A stretch of DNA of 64,000 bases from the human T2T-CHM13v2.0 reference genome, Homo sapiens: NCBI RefSeq assembly GCF_009914755.1, contig NC_060938.1, one strand, 5' to 3'. Positions 29,951-44,990 of this stretch are shown piece after piece. The notes under the pieces were generated by a model. The model made no database searches. It saw nothing but the letters and a program-made list of their open reading frames with translations, and was not told the origin of the DNA. Both the position numbers and the translations under genes were made by a program. Position 1 is the first letter of the stretch. Each line of letters opens with the position of its first letter.

Positions 29951-30330
29951 GAACAACTTTATTGAGATATATTTCACAGGATGTATAATTTGCCCATTTA
30001 AACTGCATAATTCAATGGTTTTTAGTATATTTACAGATAAGTTCAACCATCACTTTTAGAACTTCGTAATCACTACAAAGTGAAACTCTGTACTCATTAG
30101 CTGTTACTTACCAATCTCCCCATACCCCTTACAGCCCAGTTCTATGCAACTGTTAATCAACTTTCTGTCTCTATAGATTTGTCTCTTCCAGATATTTCAT
30201 ATAAGTGGAATCATATAATATGTGGTTTTCTGTGACTAAATTCTTGTGGATTATTCATACCATGGAATATTATTTGACCATAAAAAGGAATGGAATACTG
30301 ACATGCGTTTCTGCACAGATTAACCTTGAA
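29951..30330 (-). mobile_element. L1MB-like 3' fragment with inverted 5' segment, inside an L2 remnant
   Basis: 29951-30237 is antisense and 30245-30330 is sense; the two pieces are adjacent in the L1 consensus. Confidence 0.75.
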
Positions 30331-30685
30331 CCCCAATTTGCATTTCATGCCAAAGATTTGTAGTCTCTTTCCCCAGGAAGTATTCACTGACACCACCAAG
30401 ATTTAGACAAGTGATCTTTCCAAAAAACGTATTTACCTCTGTTGTAGTCTTTAATTACCTAGTGTACCTCCAATAGATTTGAAACTCTTTTTGACAACCA
30501 TAAAATGTTACACAAATGTATGTGAAGATATTTTATTAACTGTTTCTCATAAGATCTCATCGATATAAGGAGAAATGGCTCCAGTTAACCCAATTTAGGA
30601 ACAGAAAAATGAAGATAATTATTTCTCAACCCTGGCTTCACAATGTAATGACCAAAAGAGCTCTTAGAAAATCAATGCCTGTTCA

Positions 30686-31625
30686 CCTACAGAATGGGAG
30701 AAAATTTTTGCAGTCTACCCATCTGACAAAGGGCTAATATCCAGAATCTACAAAGAACTTAAACAAATTTACAAAAAAGGCAAACAACCCCATCAAAAAG
30801 TGGGCAAAGGATATGAACAGACATTTCTCAAAAGAAGACATTTATGCAGCCCACAGACACATGAAAAAATGCTCATCATCACTGGCCATCAGAGAAATGC
30901 AAATCAAAACCACAGTGAGATACCATCTCACACCAGTTAGAATGGTGATCATTAAAAAGTCAGGAAACAACAGGTGCTGGAGAGGATGTGGAGAAATAGG
31001 AACACTTTTACACTGTTGATGGGAGTGTAAATTAGTTCAACCACAGTGTGGCGATTCCTCAAGGATCTAGAACTAGAAATACCATTTGACCCAGCCATCC
31101 CATTACTGGGTATATACCCAAAGGATTATAAATCTTGCTACTATAAAGACACATGCACACGTATATTTATTGTGGCACTATTCACAATAGCAAAGACTTG
31201 GAACCAACCCAAATGCCCATCAATGATAAACTGGATAAAGAAAATATTTCACATATACACCATGGAATACTATGCAGCCATAAAAAAGGATGAGTCCATG
31301 TCCTTTACAGGGACATGGATGAAGCTGAAAACCATCATTCTCAGCAAACTATCACAAGGACAGAAAACCAAACACTGCATGTTATCACTCATAGGTGGGA
31401 ACTGAAGAATGAGAACACTTGGACACAGGGCAGCAAACATCACACACCGGGGGCCTGTCGTGGGGTGGGGGGCTAGGGGAGGGATAGCATTAGGAGAAAT
31501 ACCTAATGTAAATGACGAGTTGATGGGTGCAGCAAACCAACATGGCGCATGTATACCTATGTAACAAACCTGCACGTTGTGCACATGTACCCTAGAACTT
31601 AAAGTATAATAAAAAAAAAAAAGAA
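30686..31625 (+). mobile_element. L1PA5-like 5'-truncated insertion
   Basis: ORF2p C-terminal peptides (30813-31405), 3' UTR and poly(A); exact 20-bp TSD agaaaatcaatgcctgttca at 30666-30685 and 31626-31645. Confidence 0.95.
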
Positions 31626-31641
31626 AGAAAATCAATGCCTG

Positions 31642-31811
31642 TTCAAGTCTTTGCCCACTTTTTTATGGGGCTGTTTGTTTTTTCTTGAAAATGTGTTTAA
31701 GTTCCTTACAGATGCTGGATATTAGACCTTTGTTGGATGCACATGACATAAGCTTAACTAGGTAAAGAAACTGTACATGTACCCATGAACTTAAAATAAA
31801 AGTTCAAAAAA
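31642..31811 (+). mobile_element. Older L1PA13-16-like mini-insertion with inverted 5' piece
   Basis: Antisense ORF2-end piece (~31642-31743) fused to sense tail 'gtacatgtacccatgaacttaaaataaaagtt' plus poly(A); TSD aaaat(c/t)aatgcctg. Confidence 0.82.
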
Positions 31812-32467
31812 AAAATTAATGCCTGGGCCCCACCTCAGGTCAATTGTATGACAATCCATGAGTGGGAGGGTGGGGATACGGGAGCTAGGCACCAAGACAT
31901 CAGTATTGTTTAAAAGTTTCCCAGCTGATACACAGTCAGAATTTGAAACTACTGAATTTAAACAACTACAGAATCTAAAAAGTCTTTAGTCATCCACTAT
32001 AATATGTTGCATCTGTAATTACACAGTAATGTAGTCATTAGGTCATGATTTTATTATTTTTAATATATCTACTCTGAATATTATAAAATAACACTGATAA
32101 GATAAAATGTACTATGTCCAGAATTGCATAAACTACATCAATTTTTCTGAACACTTTTAATTTTTTGACCTCAAAACAGGAATTTATAGCAAATACATAA
32201 TTGCCCTGAAATCAATCACTGTTTTGGCCCTCTAAATGGATGGGACACTTGCAGATCTCTCATCTATTTATATTAGTTTTCTCTTCCTTTTTGTATATCT
32301 GTTAAATTTTTACACTTCCTTGAGTGCAAAGAGTATGACAAAATATTCTCATTATAAACTATAATGCCATTTACCCACTAGAGTTTTTGGATAATACAAA
32401 TTCTGTCAAATCTGGTACTGCATATAGACTATGTTGAAAGATGTTTCTCTAGTTTTTCTGATTATAA

Positions 32468-32879
<412 letters not shown>

Positions 32880-34486
32880 TAGCATTTTACCCAGTTGATA
32901 TCTTTGACAAGAATATATCTACAGTACTCTAAACTAACCTGTGTTCTTCTCATTATGAAATTTGAAAACCTTATTTGGAGGGAAATTATTATACAAAAAA
33001 TCAAATAAATTAACGAATACAAAACATCTCCAACAAACACATTTGAAGATTATAAATGAGCTAGAAGACTGGTTTCTCTATATTAAGATATAACAAAATG
33101 ATGTTTTACCCTTATAATGACAAAGGCTTTTTAGGTTAAGGATTGGCTAAATATCCAGAGGATGGCAGAGACAACAGAGAAAGAATGGCACACATATACC
33201 CAATTTTGTTAATAAATTTAAGTAAGAAAGTATAAAGAGTACAGACAGGATGGATATTTTTAATAATACATCTATAACAATCTGTCTTTAAAACAAACAA
33301 TGTTTATGACCACACATTAAACTTTTCTTATAACAAAGAGGCAGATTTATTATTATAGTACTGATATCTCCTTCTACCTTAAGAAAAAATAAAATTACCC
33401 CTTAATGATGTACAGTATAATCTTTAAACCTGGGGCATATTCTGTCAAGAAAAAAGTATTTTCCCCATGATTTCAAGTGATAAATATTCACAAAAGCCTA
33501 GTCTTACTTGGTATTGGATATATGGAGTGCCCCTAGGCATGAACATTATAATATTGGAGTCTCTTTCCATCTTTCTTCAGTTTAGCATTTTAAAAAGACT
33601 CCGATTGAGTTAATTTATACAAGATTTGTTGATGTTAGAAAAACAAAAACAGTTTGAATCTATTACACACTCCTGACCTTGAAAATCTCTTTATGAAGGT
33701 TTCCAAATTATCTCCAATGAAAGGCATGTAATAATGTTTACATCTCCTCTAGACTTTCTTTTATTTTAGCCTTTGGTGTGCTCTGTCTTTTTGACGTTAA
33801 TTGTTACATAGAAGAACAAAAATTGATCCAGAATCCAATATATTTTCTGTTTCCTAACCTGTATGCCTTTCCAAATAGCTAGTGTTATGCAGCCCAAGTG
33901 AAGCAGAGCTGGACCCTAAACAGGTGGACACATCTGTTCTAGTCCATCAGACTTACACTGACTGTGTTCTGTAATCATTATGGTTTTTATCCCAAATTAC
34001 AGTGTCAATCTGTTCAGAATTAATATGTATTACTCTACCACTTGTTACAAAATTTTCAGTTTATTTATTGGACCATATCCTTTCCTAATCACTTAGGCAC
34101 AATTCCCACTGAAAACCTAAAAGAATGACTGTGTTCAGAGGTTATGTTTTCACCTCATGTCAAAAGATATTTTTGCATAAGTGAATAATACTGCTAATCC
34201 CAATGTGGATTCCTTATGTATCAATAGTGGGAATTTGTTTGAAATTTTAGGGCACTGATTTGAGTCATTTGTAATCACTTTTCCAACACATGTTATATCC
34301 TAGTATGGTTACTTTCAGTATGAAGAGGAAATTGACAAATTATTTAATTCACTTAGAATGAAGCTTATACTGTTAATCCTTGGGAAATTATAATTTTAGT
34401 TCCCTTTTATCTTTTGTGTGGGTAGTTTTAAAGACTGCGGGTCCTTGAAGCCATAATTCTGTTTTATTATAACATGATGAAGCACT

Positions 34487-35029
34487 TGTGATGGTTAATA
34501 CTGTCAACTTAATTGGATTGAAGAATGCAAAGTATTGTCCCTGGGTGTGTCTTTGAGGGTGTTGCCAAAGGAGATTAACATTTGAGTCAGTGGACTGGGA
34601 GAGGCAGACCCACCCTCAAACTGGGTGGGCACGATCTCTAATCAGCTGCCAGAATAGCTAGAATAAAGCAGACAGAACGTGGAAGGACTAGACTGGCTGA
34701 GTCTTCCGGCCTTCATCTTTCTCCCATGCTGGATGCTTCCTGCCCTTGAATATCGGACTCCAGGTTCTTCAGCTTTTGGACTCTTGGACCTATACAGTGG
34801 TTTACCAGGGTCTCCCGGGCCTTTGGCCACAGGCTGAAGGCTGCACTGTTGGTTTTCCTACTTTTGAGGTTTGGGGACTTGGGCTGGCTTCCTTGGTCCT
34901 CAGATGGCAGACGGCCTATTGTGGGACTTCACCTTGTGACTGTGTCAGTCAATACTCCTTAATAAACTCCCTTTCATATATATGTCTATCTTATTAGTCT
35001 TGTCCCTCTAGAGAGCCATGGCTAATACA
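34487..35029 (+). mobile_element. MLT2A2-like solo LTR (HERV-L)
   Basis: 'tgtgatggttaatactg' ... 'ctaataca', 543 bp, AATAAA near 34961, 5-bp TSD gcact/tcact. Confidence 0.92.
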
Positions 35030-37044
35030 TCACTTCACTGTCATTTTCTCTTTCCTCTTCTATGTTCTCTGAAGCTCACTAAATATGTGGATTTTATGGA
35101 GGAGAAACGTTACTAATTCATAATTATTATGTAAAGATTAATCTGGCTAACATCCTCTAAATAACTTTCCCAACAGCTGGTGATTTTCTTCTACTTTTTT
35201 TTCCTGGTTGATTTGGAGATAGATGAGCCTCAGAAGCTGATGAAAATTAAAAGCAAAATATTTTTTCAAAAGTTAGTCCAGAAATGTGATGGAAGAAAAA
35301 GACACTAAGTAATATACTCCATGGATGTATATGTTAAGTTTTCAAAACCACAGAAAATAAAAAGGACAAACAACCGCCAATACTAGTGAGTATAATAACA
35401 AAATCATGAATGCATTTCCCTTCCACTCCAAGGTTAATTTAGAAAGAAGAGGAAGTTGCATTATCACTTTTCTAATCAGCAACTCCGCTTCCCTAATACA
35501 GCATATGAAATGGCAATAGTGCCTATGGCAATACAAATCCTATTAACTTGAGGCATCAAATATGAAGAAATTAAGACACAAGTTGAAAACAAGATCAGAG
35601 AAGAATGATCAGAATTCCCCTTATAAAAAAAAGATCCCTCATCTCTGTGCCTTTTTTAACTTCTTCTTGGTTGCAACACAAAGGCAATGTTCTCCTCAGG
35701 TGTTACTGATTGAATGCCAGGCACTGCCCAATAACTCACTTCAGAGTCAATCATGCTAAGTATGCAAATCCTGACTAAATTATTTGAACAAACTGCATTG
35801 CAATTATTAGACATGTTATGAGAAAATGTGAACAGCTTGACCAGCAAATTTCCAATATATTTCCCCCCTCAGGCAAGCCTAAAACTTAAAAATAAGACTC
35901 CAGAGACTCTGACATTCTTCTCATCACATAACACATACCAGCAGAGAATAAAAAGGAAAAAGAAAAAGACATGAATATTTGAAAAGGCCTTTTGAATCTT
36001 GCAGGCATAAAGTAGAAGTATATATCATTCTCTCAGACCCGGAGTCCATGCAGATACACATTGAAAGACATGCTTTGTAACATCATCCTCAGCTGATATG
36101 TCAAAGGAAAAGAATTCATTCTCACCTTTTCAGAGTGCCTGTCATTAGGTACATTAATATGGATGAACCACCACAAAATCAAAAAGCAGTAAGAGTGGTG
36201 AGTTTAAAGGAAGAAAGACCTTAAACTATATTTAAGTTGGGCTTAAATTTGAGAACGAAACTTGGGGTTTCCATAATTACCTTTTTTTCTCTACTTACCT
36301 TAGAAGAAAAAACATTACTAATTAGACTTTCTCTTGAAGTCTATTTGCCAGCATTTCACTAAACATTCCTCAAGCTTCCCTATAAATGAGGGAATGGAAC
36401 TGATGTGGACAAGTTGAGGAAGATTTGTTTTTTCTGTCATAACTTCCCTTATTTGAATGCATCACATTTGACAGTAGAACACAGAAGTATTTGCTTTTCC
36501 AATTCATTCTATAACACAAATAATGTTAATTCACAATCAGTTAAGTAGCAACCCAAATGCATTTTATTAACAAAAATTCTTACCAAAAATGTCAATAAGC
36601 ATAGACATTTCTATAACATTGAATATTCAAAATAAGTTTCTGTTAATTCATATCCCATTCCTATATATGATCTCTACAACACCTAGTTCAATATTTAAGT
36701 CATAATTGCACTGGATTACTGTGTATATAATATCATCACTTGGGAAAGAATTTGTCATTAATACACTAACAACGTATTTAGTATCCAGACAATAAATTTG
36801 ATACCAATTATTAAAGGCAAAGAAAAAAATGAGAGAACAATATAATGTTATTGATAGGGCAACAGCACATAACTTGAGATTTTATTTAAAATTTTTCTTA
36901 CTTGTCAACCAAGGTATTATCTGTTACTATTGAAATTTTAAGGTGAAATTGTTCTATCAAACCACTACAGAACTTATGTTTTGCTGACCCCAAAATTACT
37001 TTAAAAAAGAGAAAAGAACTTTATATTTGTTTACTTCTTGCTAA

Positions 37045-37416
<372 letters not shown>

Positions 37417-37653
37417 TCAACTTTTATATTCATAATTAATATAATGTCTCAGTGTTAATTTTGAGGTTTCAATCTGAAAAATGAGTTCATTTTAATGTCT
37501 GATCCCAACAGCTAATTTTGGCAAGAATTAGAGAATTACTCAGAAATCTCTCGTAAATTATATTTTTAATACAATTACATCTGATACACTAAATATTGAA
37601 CAGATGTACAAATATTACATTTCTCTCTCTCTCTCCTTGACTGGGGGTTTTAG

Positions 37654-38020
<367 letters not shown>

Positions 38021-38031
38021 TTATTTATAAA

Positions 38032-38402
38032 TAATTTATAAAGAAAAGAGGCTTAATTGGCTCATGGTTCTGCAGGCTGTACAGGAAGCATGGGGCATTT
38101 CCTTGGCTTCTGGAGAAGCCTCAGGAAACTTACAATCACGTTGGAAGGCAAAGGGGGAACAGGCATCTCACATAGTCAGAGCAAGAGGAAGTGGAGGGAT
38201 GCTACACACTTTTAAACAAACAGATCTTGCAGGAACTCACTGGCTTTCATGAGGACAGCATCAAGGTGTTGGTGCTAAGCCATTTTTGAGAACCCACCCC
38301 TGTGATCCAATGACCTCCCACCAGGCCCTGCCTCTAACATTGAGGATTACAAATACAATTCAATATGAGATTAAGGTAGGGGCACAGATCTAAACTACAT
38401 CA
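38032..38402 (-). mobile_element. MaLR LTR (MSTA/MSTB-like), missing its 3' terminus
   Basis: 'taatttataaagaaaagaggcttaattggctcatggttctgcaggctgtacaggaagcatgg' ... 'ctacatca'. Confidence 0.9.
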
Positions 38403-38404
38403 AT

Positions 38405-38560
38405 AGTATTCATCACCTTCCAACACAAAGTAAAATGCATTTATTCACTATACTTATTGTTTATTGTCTGCCTCACCCCAAGAGGGCTGTACTTTTTGTA
38501 TTTTTTCACTCGTGTATTCCAGAAACCTAAAATGAAGACTTGCCTGTCACAATCATTTAG
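38405..38560 (+). mobile_element. L2 3' end
   Basis: 'ttgtttattgtctgcctcacc...ttcactcgtgtattccag'. Confidence 0.6.
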
Positions 38561-38659
38561 TTAATGTGTGTTAATTTGAAGTGTTGAATTACAATTTTTA
38601 TTTGCAGTGAGTCTAAAATAGTTTATGCTAAGTAACACAGACCTTTAATATTTTAGTAA

Positions 38660-39480
38660 ACTTTTAGTGGGGAATAATTTCAGATTATTATTTTTGATAA
38701 TATGGAGAATCGACATATATACTTTACCCAGCTTTCTTTAATATTAACATTTTACGTAACTATGGTACACTTGTCAAAATGAAGAAATTAACATTGGCTC
38801 AATGCCACTAAATGACAGACTTCATACCAGTGCTTTCATTAATGTCCCTTCTCTCTTCCGGGATCTAGTCCAGTATATCACATTGTCCTTCGCCATATGT
38901 ATGTCACTATGCCTTCTCAACTCTCTAACAGTTTCTCAGTCTTTCCTTATCTTTCACAACCTTGGCACTTTTGAAGAATTCTGGCCAGAGAGAATGTCAC
39001 TCAATTTGAGTTTGTCTGTTTTCTCATTCTTAAACTGGCTGATAGGGTGTTCGGGAAGAACACCACAGAGGTGTGACACTCTTCTCCTTACATCAAAACA
39101 AGGGGTGGATGATAGCAACATGATTTGTCACTGGTAATATTAACCTCGATCTCTTGGTTCACATGGTGTCTTCCAGGTTTCTACAACATAAAGTCATTGT
39201 TTACCCTTTCCATACTCTATGTTTTGTAAGCAATTTCTTAAGTCTAGTTCACACTCAAAAGACATGAAATTAAGCTCTACCTCCTGGATATGAGCATCTA
39301 CACATATTTTTTGGAATGCACCTATAAGGAAGACTGGTTTCTTCTCCTTCATTTACTCATTTATTATTTATATAAGTATGAATTTATCTGCATTTATCAT
39401 ATTCTTTGGATTATAATTCTATATAATCACTATTTACTTTGTTGCAAAAATAATTCCACCTTCTGCCATTGGGATAGTCT
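38660..39480 (-). mobile_element. L1MC4/5-like 3' UTR
   Basis: 'tgtcaaaatgaagaaattaacattgg', 'ggtaatattaacctcgatctcttggtt'. Confidence 0.75.
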
Positions 39481-41458
39481 TTTGAGTTTGCTTCTGTTCA
39501 TTAAAATATTAATAATTTTTTCACATACTCTACAATATTTCCGAAAATTTCCATAAGATATCAGAAAATAGTCACTTTTCTTCTTAAATTCCCCACAATA
39601 CTTATCACAAAACATTGTGTCTAGTACATCTTTCCTGAGGCTTCAGTAGTGGAGTAAATCACTGCACAGTACAGAAGGTAACTTAAGATGGGTTATACAC
39701 ACTCATGTTTCAAAATAAGATCCCCTCAGTCACAGTCAGTGTGACCACTTTCTCTCTTAACATTCTGCAGTCTCCTGTGGCCTCTTGATCCCTCATGAGT
39801 TTTCTCACAGTTGTCCTCCTCTTGTGAACCTTGCAATCCCCAAATATGCAATTTGTTTTTTAGATAGTCAATTCAGCTTTCTCATGGTTTGCAGTGAACT
39901 TACAGATAATTCCATGGGGCTTTATATTTTGCAATAAACACAAACTACCAATGTATTTTGCCATAGAATTCAATTTTCTTCCATGGGGGTAGAAGATGTT
40001 GCTTGTTACAGGTTTAAATTTTTTTCTCTCATTTATATTTTGAAATATTCAGTGAAAAGAAGTTTAAAGAGTCTCCAGCAAGAGGCCGAAGACCTATGTC
40101 TTCCTAAAAAGATTTTTTTAAAGGAAAAATATATATAGTTTAGTCTTCTTTTAGCTCGATGCTAAAGAGATAGCTCAGCAGAAGTACATGGTAGAATGTC
40201 TTCAAAATTAGTTTTCAGAGTAATTTCTTTGGATATATGAAAGACTATCACTGGATTTTTTACATATCTATGGCTTTTTCCTAATTTTCGATTCTTAGCA
40301 CTGCAGCGAAGTAGCATGGAGTAAGGAGCTTACATACACCTCAGTGAGGCCTAATCTTTCCAAATCACATTTCCTATTTAATTCAATAGATTTTTCCCAT
40401 AAGATGGACTGAAAGCACAGCCTAGTGGAAATATAGGATGGGACATGCTTAGGAAAAAGTGCAGACTGAGCAACTTTCAAAGATTGATGAAGTAATTCTT
40501 GGAGTGGATTATACTTTAAGATCTATTGCAAGCCAAACTGGCAAAAGGAAAATAGGTCTGGGAGAGATGCCAAGCAGAGTGAGTACTAAGGTGAATTTGG
40601 GGTCAACTCACAAATAAGGGAAATATAGGTAAGAATGTAAAGACTTTGCATTTTTAAAGTACTTGGCAAGAATGCAGGAGATGGATTTGGAATTAGATTT
40701 CCTTTATGAACTATTTTGGAAAGATTGTAGAGAAAAGCATCCATAACCAACAAAACTATTTAGCAGAACCACGAATCCATAGCAACGTCCTACTAGCAGT
40801 ATCTAAGGCAGCCTATATAACTTCCGATGAAAGTGCCTACAAAGATTCAGTAAATCATGAAAACTCACACACAATTAAAAAGTAAGACTGAGAAGCAGCC
40901 TAAAGACATCTTCAGTAGTTTAAGGTAGTTGGTTCAGATTGAAAAAAAAAATCCATCTGATTTCATTTAATGAAAAGTAATGACGATCTAGAAAAATGAA
41001 GAAAGCTGGTTCTTACTCCTTCAATGACCTGCCTTTCATACAGAAAGCAAGGGTCTACACACAAAAGGTCTTCCAGAAACCATGTGAGCAGAAGACGAAA
41101 ATGACTCTTGGAAATACATTATGTGCTGAGATGTGTAGCTCATATTAAAGTGGATCAGGAGATTTTAGGAGAGTATAAATCCCATAGCAAAGAGCCAAAC
41201 AACAAAGGAAATGAAGTTCTCTTGACTACCTGCTAAACATCCCAAAGGTTTGTATGTGCTTCTAAACACTTAAGAACTATGGCAAGCAAAGTATTATGAT
41301 ACTTAGAAAGTATTAATAGTACTGGAAACAACTGTGGCTGTAACTGTTTTACAGACCTCCTTGAGTTACCTAGAATGTTGTGCAGGGATGAAGGGGAAGG
41401 GCTGATACCTGTTTAAATTTGGAGCCTACTGGAAAATTCCCCTCACTTTTTGGAGCAA

Positions 41459-41633
41459 CAGAGACATATTTACCACGTGGCTAATAATACTGCAGTTACA
41501 GGACCCTTTACTCTTTTGGGTCATTTCCAAACCCCCATGCCAAACTTTATATTAATAAATTTGCATTACTTTTTATAAAGGACTGCCAAAATTGTATAAG
41601 CCTGAACCTTCACAAAACTTTGATCTGCTCCTG
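41459..41633. mobile_element. hAT-Tip100 MITE (MER69A/Arthur1-like)
   Basis: 'cagagacatatttacc' ... 'aaattgtataagcctgaaccttcacaaaactttgatctgctcctg', with ggagca on both flanks. Confidence 0.6.
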
Positions 41634-42902
41634 GGAGCAGAGGAGAAAGTTTAAGGCCGTATGTCATGGCCCTACCATTGAACAAACACACAGAAATCCT
41701 CCCCCTCTCACTATATTAGAGGTCATTACTATGTTGGATTTTAACCCAAACTCCAAAGCAAAGGTCTCTCTATTTTGTAAGAAGTAAAATTTAAGCATAT
41801 TTCTCCTACAGACTTCTATGACTTATCACAGCCCCTTCCCATGTGTCTTTTTATTATTCACACAGAGGCTTATGCATGTTATGTGGATATTAGTATGTTT
41901 ACTTTAAATAATACTTTTCTTATTATGAATAAAGGGATAGATACATGTCCAATAGAGAAAAATTCGAGAAGTGCAAAAATCATACCATAATTTCACCTCT
42001 CTGAGATAACCACTACTGAAATGTATTTCTTTCCAGTTACTATTTGAATTTACATTTTTAATTGAATTATATTTTGTATACAATTTGGTATACTATAATT
42101 TTTACTTAGCATTGATTTAGCTTTAAATATTTTTACTTTAAATATTTTACTTAGCATTGATCTGCTTTAAATATAATTTTTACATACTGAAAAAATATTC
42201 TTTCACATGGATGTAGTCTAATTTACTTAGCCAGCCCCTTACTGTTGATTATCTAGGTTGTTTCCACTTTTTCCTTTTTACAAATAAAGCTCTGTTAAGC
42301 ATGCCTAATTGAAATTTTTGTTCTAATTATTCTCTATGAATGCATTCCTAGGAGTCCAAAGTTATTAATTTATTTAACTTTTATTCTAGAAATATGCCAA
42401 TTCAGATCCCAAAACAGTAAGAATTTACACATGGTAATGTGTATTTATTACTACTGAGTATTAATCTTTAATTATTTATTTGAATACATATAATTGTATC
42501 TGTGGTTTTTGCATCCATATTTATTAAATTCCTGGAAAAATTAAATACATAATTAAGTTTTGGACTGTTTATTATCTTATAAATTGGTTGATCATATTCT
42601 TTCATATTCTAACAGAACCTTCATATTTTCATATTAATGTTTTGACAGCTCCATAAATTAACTTGATTGTTCTCATATCTCACATGTTCTCATATGTGCT
42701 CCTAATTTTCCCTTTGCATTATCACTTTATGATCTTCTTTGACTTTTTAAAAATGTCTCCATAGTCAAATCTGTCTACCTCTTTGTAGATTCTTTATATG
42801 TCAATGCAAGATATAAGGTCTTTGGAAAAATTCAAAATTCAATGGTGAAATTCACTATAACTTTCCTGAAATCCAGCCCTTCTCAAAAAATTATTCAGTG
42901 TA

Positions 42903-43290
42903 TGCTATGGCTTAGCTGTTTGCCCTCCAAAATGAGGTTGAAACCTAATCCCCAGCAAAACAGTATTAAGAGGTGGGGTCTTTAGAAAATGATTAGGCTC
43001 CACTGTCATTGATAGGATTACAATCTTTTAAAAGAGCTTGAGAGGGTAAATCCTACTCTTCCATTCCTTCATCATGTGAGAGCACAACGTTCATCCCCTC
43101 CAGAGAACACAGCAACAGGACTCTATCTTAAAGCAGAAAGTAGTCCTTGGCAGACATTGACCCTGCTGGCCTTAATTGATCCTGAATCTTGGACTTCTTA
43201 GCCTCCAGAACTGCGAGAAATAAATTTCTATTGTTTGCAAATTACCCAGTTTCAGCTATTTTATTACAGCAGCACAAATGGACTAAGACA
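42903..43290 (+). mobile_element. MaLR solo LTR (MLT1A/MSTC-like)
   Basis: 'tgctatgg' ... 'ggactaagaca'; TSD gtgta/gtgca. Confidence 0.88.
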
Positions 43291-43439
43291 GTGCATCTAG
43301 TGTTTGAGAGTATCTTATGGCGATGATATATATTCATTGTTCCCTATTTTATGACATGTAATAAGATAATAAATTAACATATCTGAATCATAACTCAGGA
43401 TTGCACATATTTCAGAGATGAGTTAATTTTAAGCTTTAA

Positions 43440-44990
43440 GTTTTATTTTTAATAATCTCATTTCTTTAGAATAGCTTGGGATTTAAGAAAATGTTGCAAA
43501 GACAGCCCAGAGAGTTCCCATATATCCCACATCCAATCTTACATTAGCCTCTTGCATTTGTCATGATTAGCTCATCAATATTGACATACTGTTATTAATT
43601 AAAGTGCATACTTTGTTCAGATTTTCTTATTTTTTACCTAATATTCTCCTTCTATTCCAGGATTCTATCAGGATGCAACACTGTATTTAGTCATCATGAC
43701 TCCTTCATCACCTCCTGCTTTGACACTTTCAGAATTTCTTCATTTTAGATGACCTTGGCAGTTTTTAGGAGTGCTGGTCAGGTATTTTGTAAAATGTTTC
43801 TCATTTGGGATTTGTCTGATTTTTTCTCGTGATTAGACTGAAGTTAAGAGTAAGAAGAAGACAACAGAGGTAAAGTGCCATTCTTATCACATCATATTAA
43901 GGATGCATATGACATCAGGGTTGTGTTTTGATCTGAACCCCTTGGAAGAGGCAGTGTTTATCAGGTTTTTCCACTATAAAGTTAGTATTTTTTCTGCCTT
44001 TCCATACTGCATTCTTTGGAAGGAAGCCATTTAATCCAATCCATAAGAAAGGAATGTAAGCTTATGTTCCACCTCCTTGAGAGCAGAATATCTTCATAAA
44101 TTATCTGGAATTTCCTATGCAAGAGTATATTTGTGTATTCTTCTCCATGAACCTATTTACCCAGTCATTTGTTTATATCAGGATGAGCTTATAAGTATTT
44201 ATTTGATACTCTGGGATATGATTAAATATGTTCATGATTCTTCGACATGTTCTGGATTTTGCCATTTTAAGAGCTTTCGGAAGGTTCAAATGTCCCTTTG
44301 ACATACCCCATACCCTCATTATTGGGTGAGTGATCGTGTATGTATATGGGTCTTTGGATACTTCTTTAAATTTTGACACCACAAGATGCTCCAGGATTAT
44401 ATTATATATTTCCTGCCCAACAACCAGTCATTTCTTCAGGAAGCCATGGTTCTTTTCATTGGACGACGGTTTTAGAAACAAGGTCTAGATCCCAAATATG
44501 CCTGTTGCTGCTGGAATATCTTTGTTTCTTGGCCCTCTCGGAGTAAAAGAATATATGTGTGTATACTAACCAGTATACACACATATATTTATAAATATTT
44601 CTATATGTATCTATTTTTATCTATATTGAGCTAAACATAATTTATACTGATATCTCCAACTCTAATTCATTACCTACCTTATAGGTAAGTAATGCATCCA
44701 TGTTTCTCCCCTTGTTTGTTTGTCACCTCCCACTTCAAAAGTGAGAAAACTGGCTCTCACCTTCAGCCATCTATTACTTAATTTTTCAGTTCCAGGATTC
44801 ATGTATAGTTGGTTCAAAATAGTTAATCCATATTCCCGTGGAAAACAACTTTATGAACTAGAATATAGTTTTCATCAGCTCATAGAGTGCTTATAGGGCT
44901 TTTGCCATCAGTCTTAGTTTCCATTCCTTTCCAAAGTTGCTTAGAGTGGCACCTTTTTCCCACAGTGCCTTTTCATTAGGTTTTTCAGAA
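43440..44990 (-). mobile_element. L1MC3/4-like 3' UTR
   Basis: Reverse complement resembles the L1MC block at 5900-8730. Confidence 0.75.

Larger units (their letters stand above)
30620..31960. mobile_element. MER5-like hAT-Charlie MITE split by two L1 insertions
   Basis: Left half 'ttctcaaccctggcttcaca...gagctctt' joins right half 'atgcctgggccccacctcag...gaaactactg'. Confidence 0.7.

Noticed and set aside
30813-31405. L1 ORF2p peptides as a possibly active element
   Set aside because: Under 1 kb, 5'-truncated and disrupted; lacks promoter, ORF1, EN and RT
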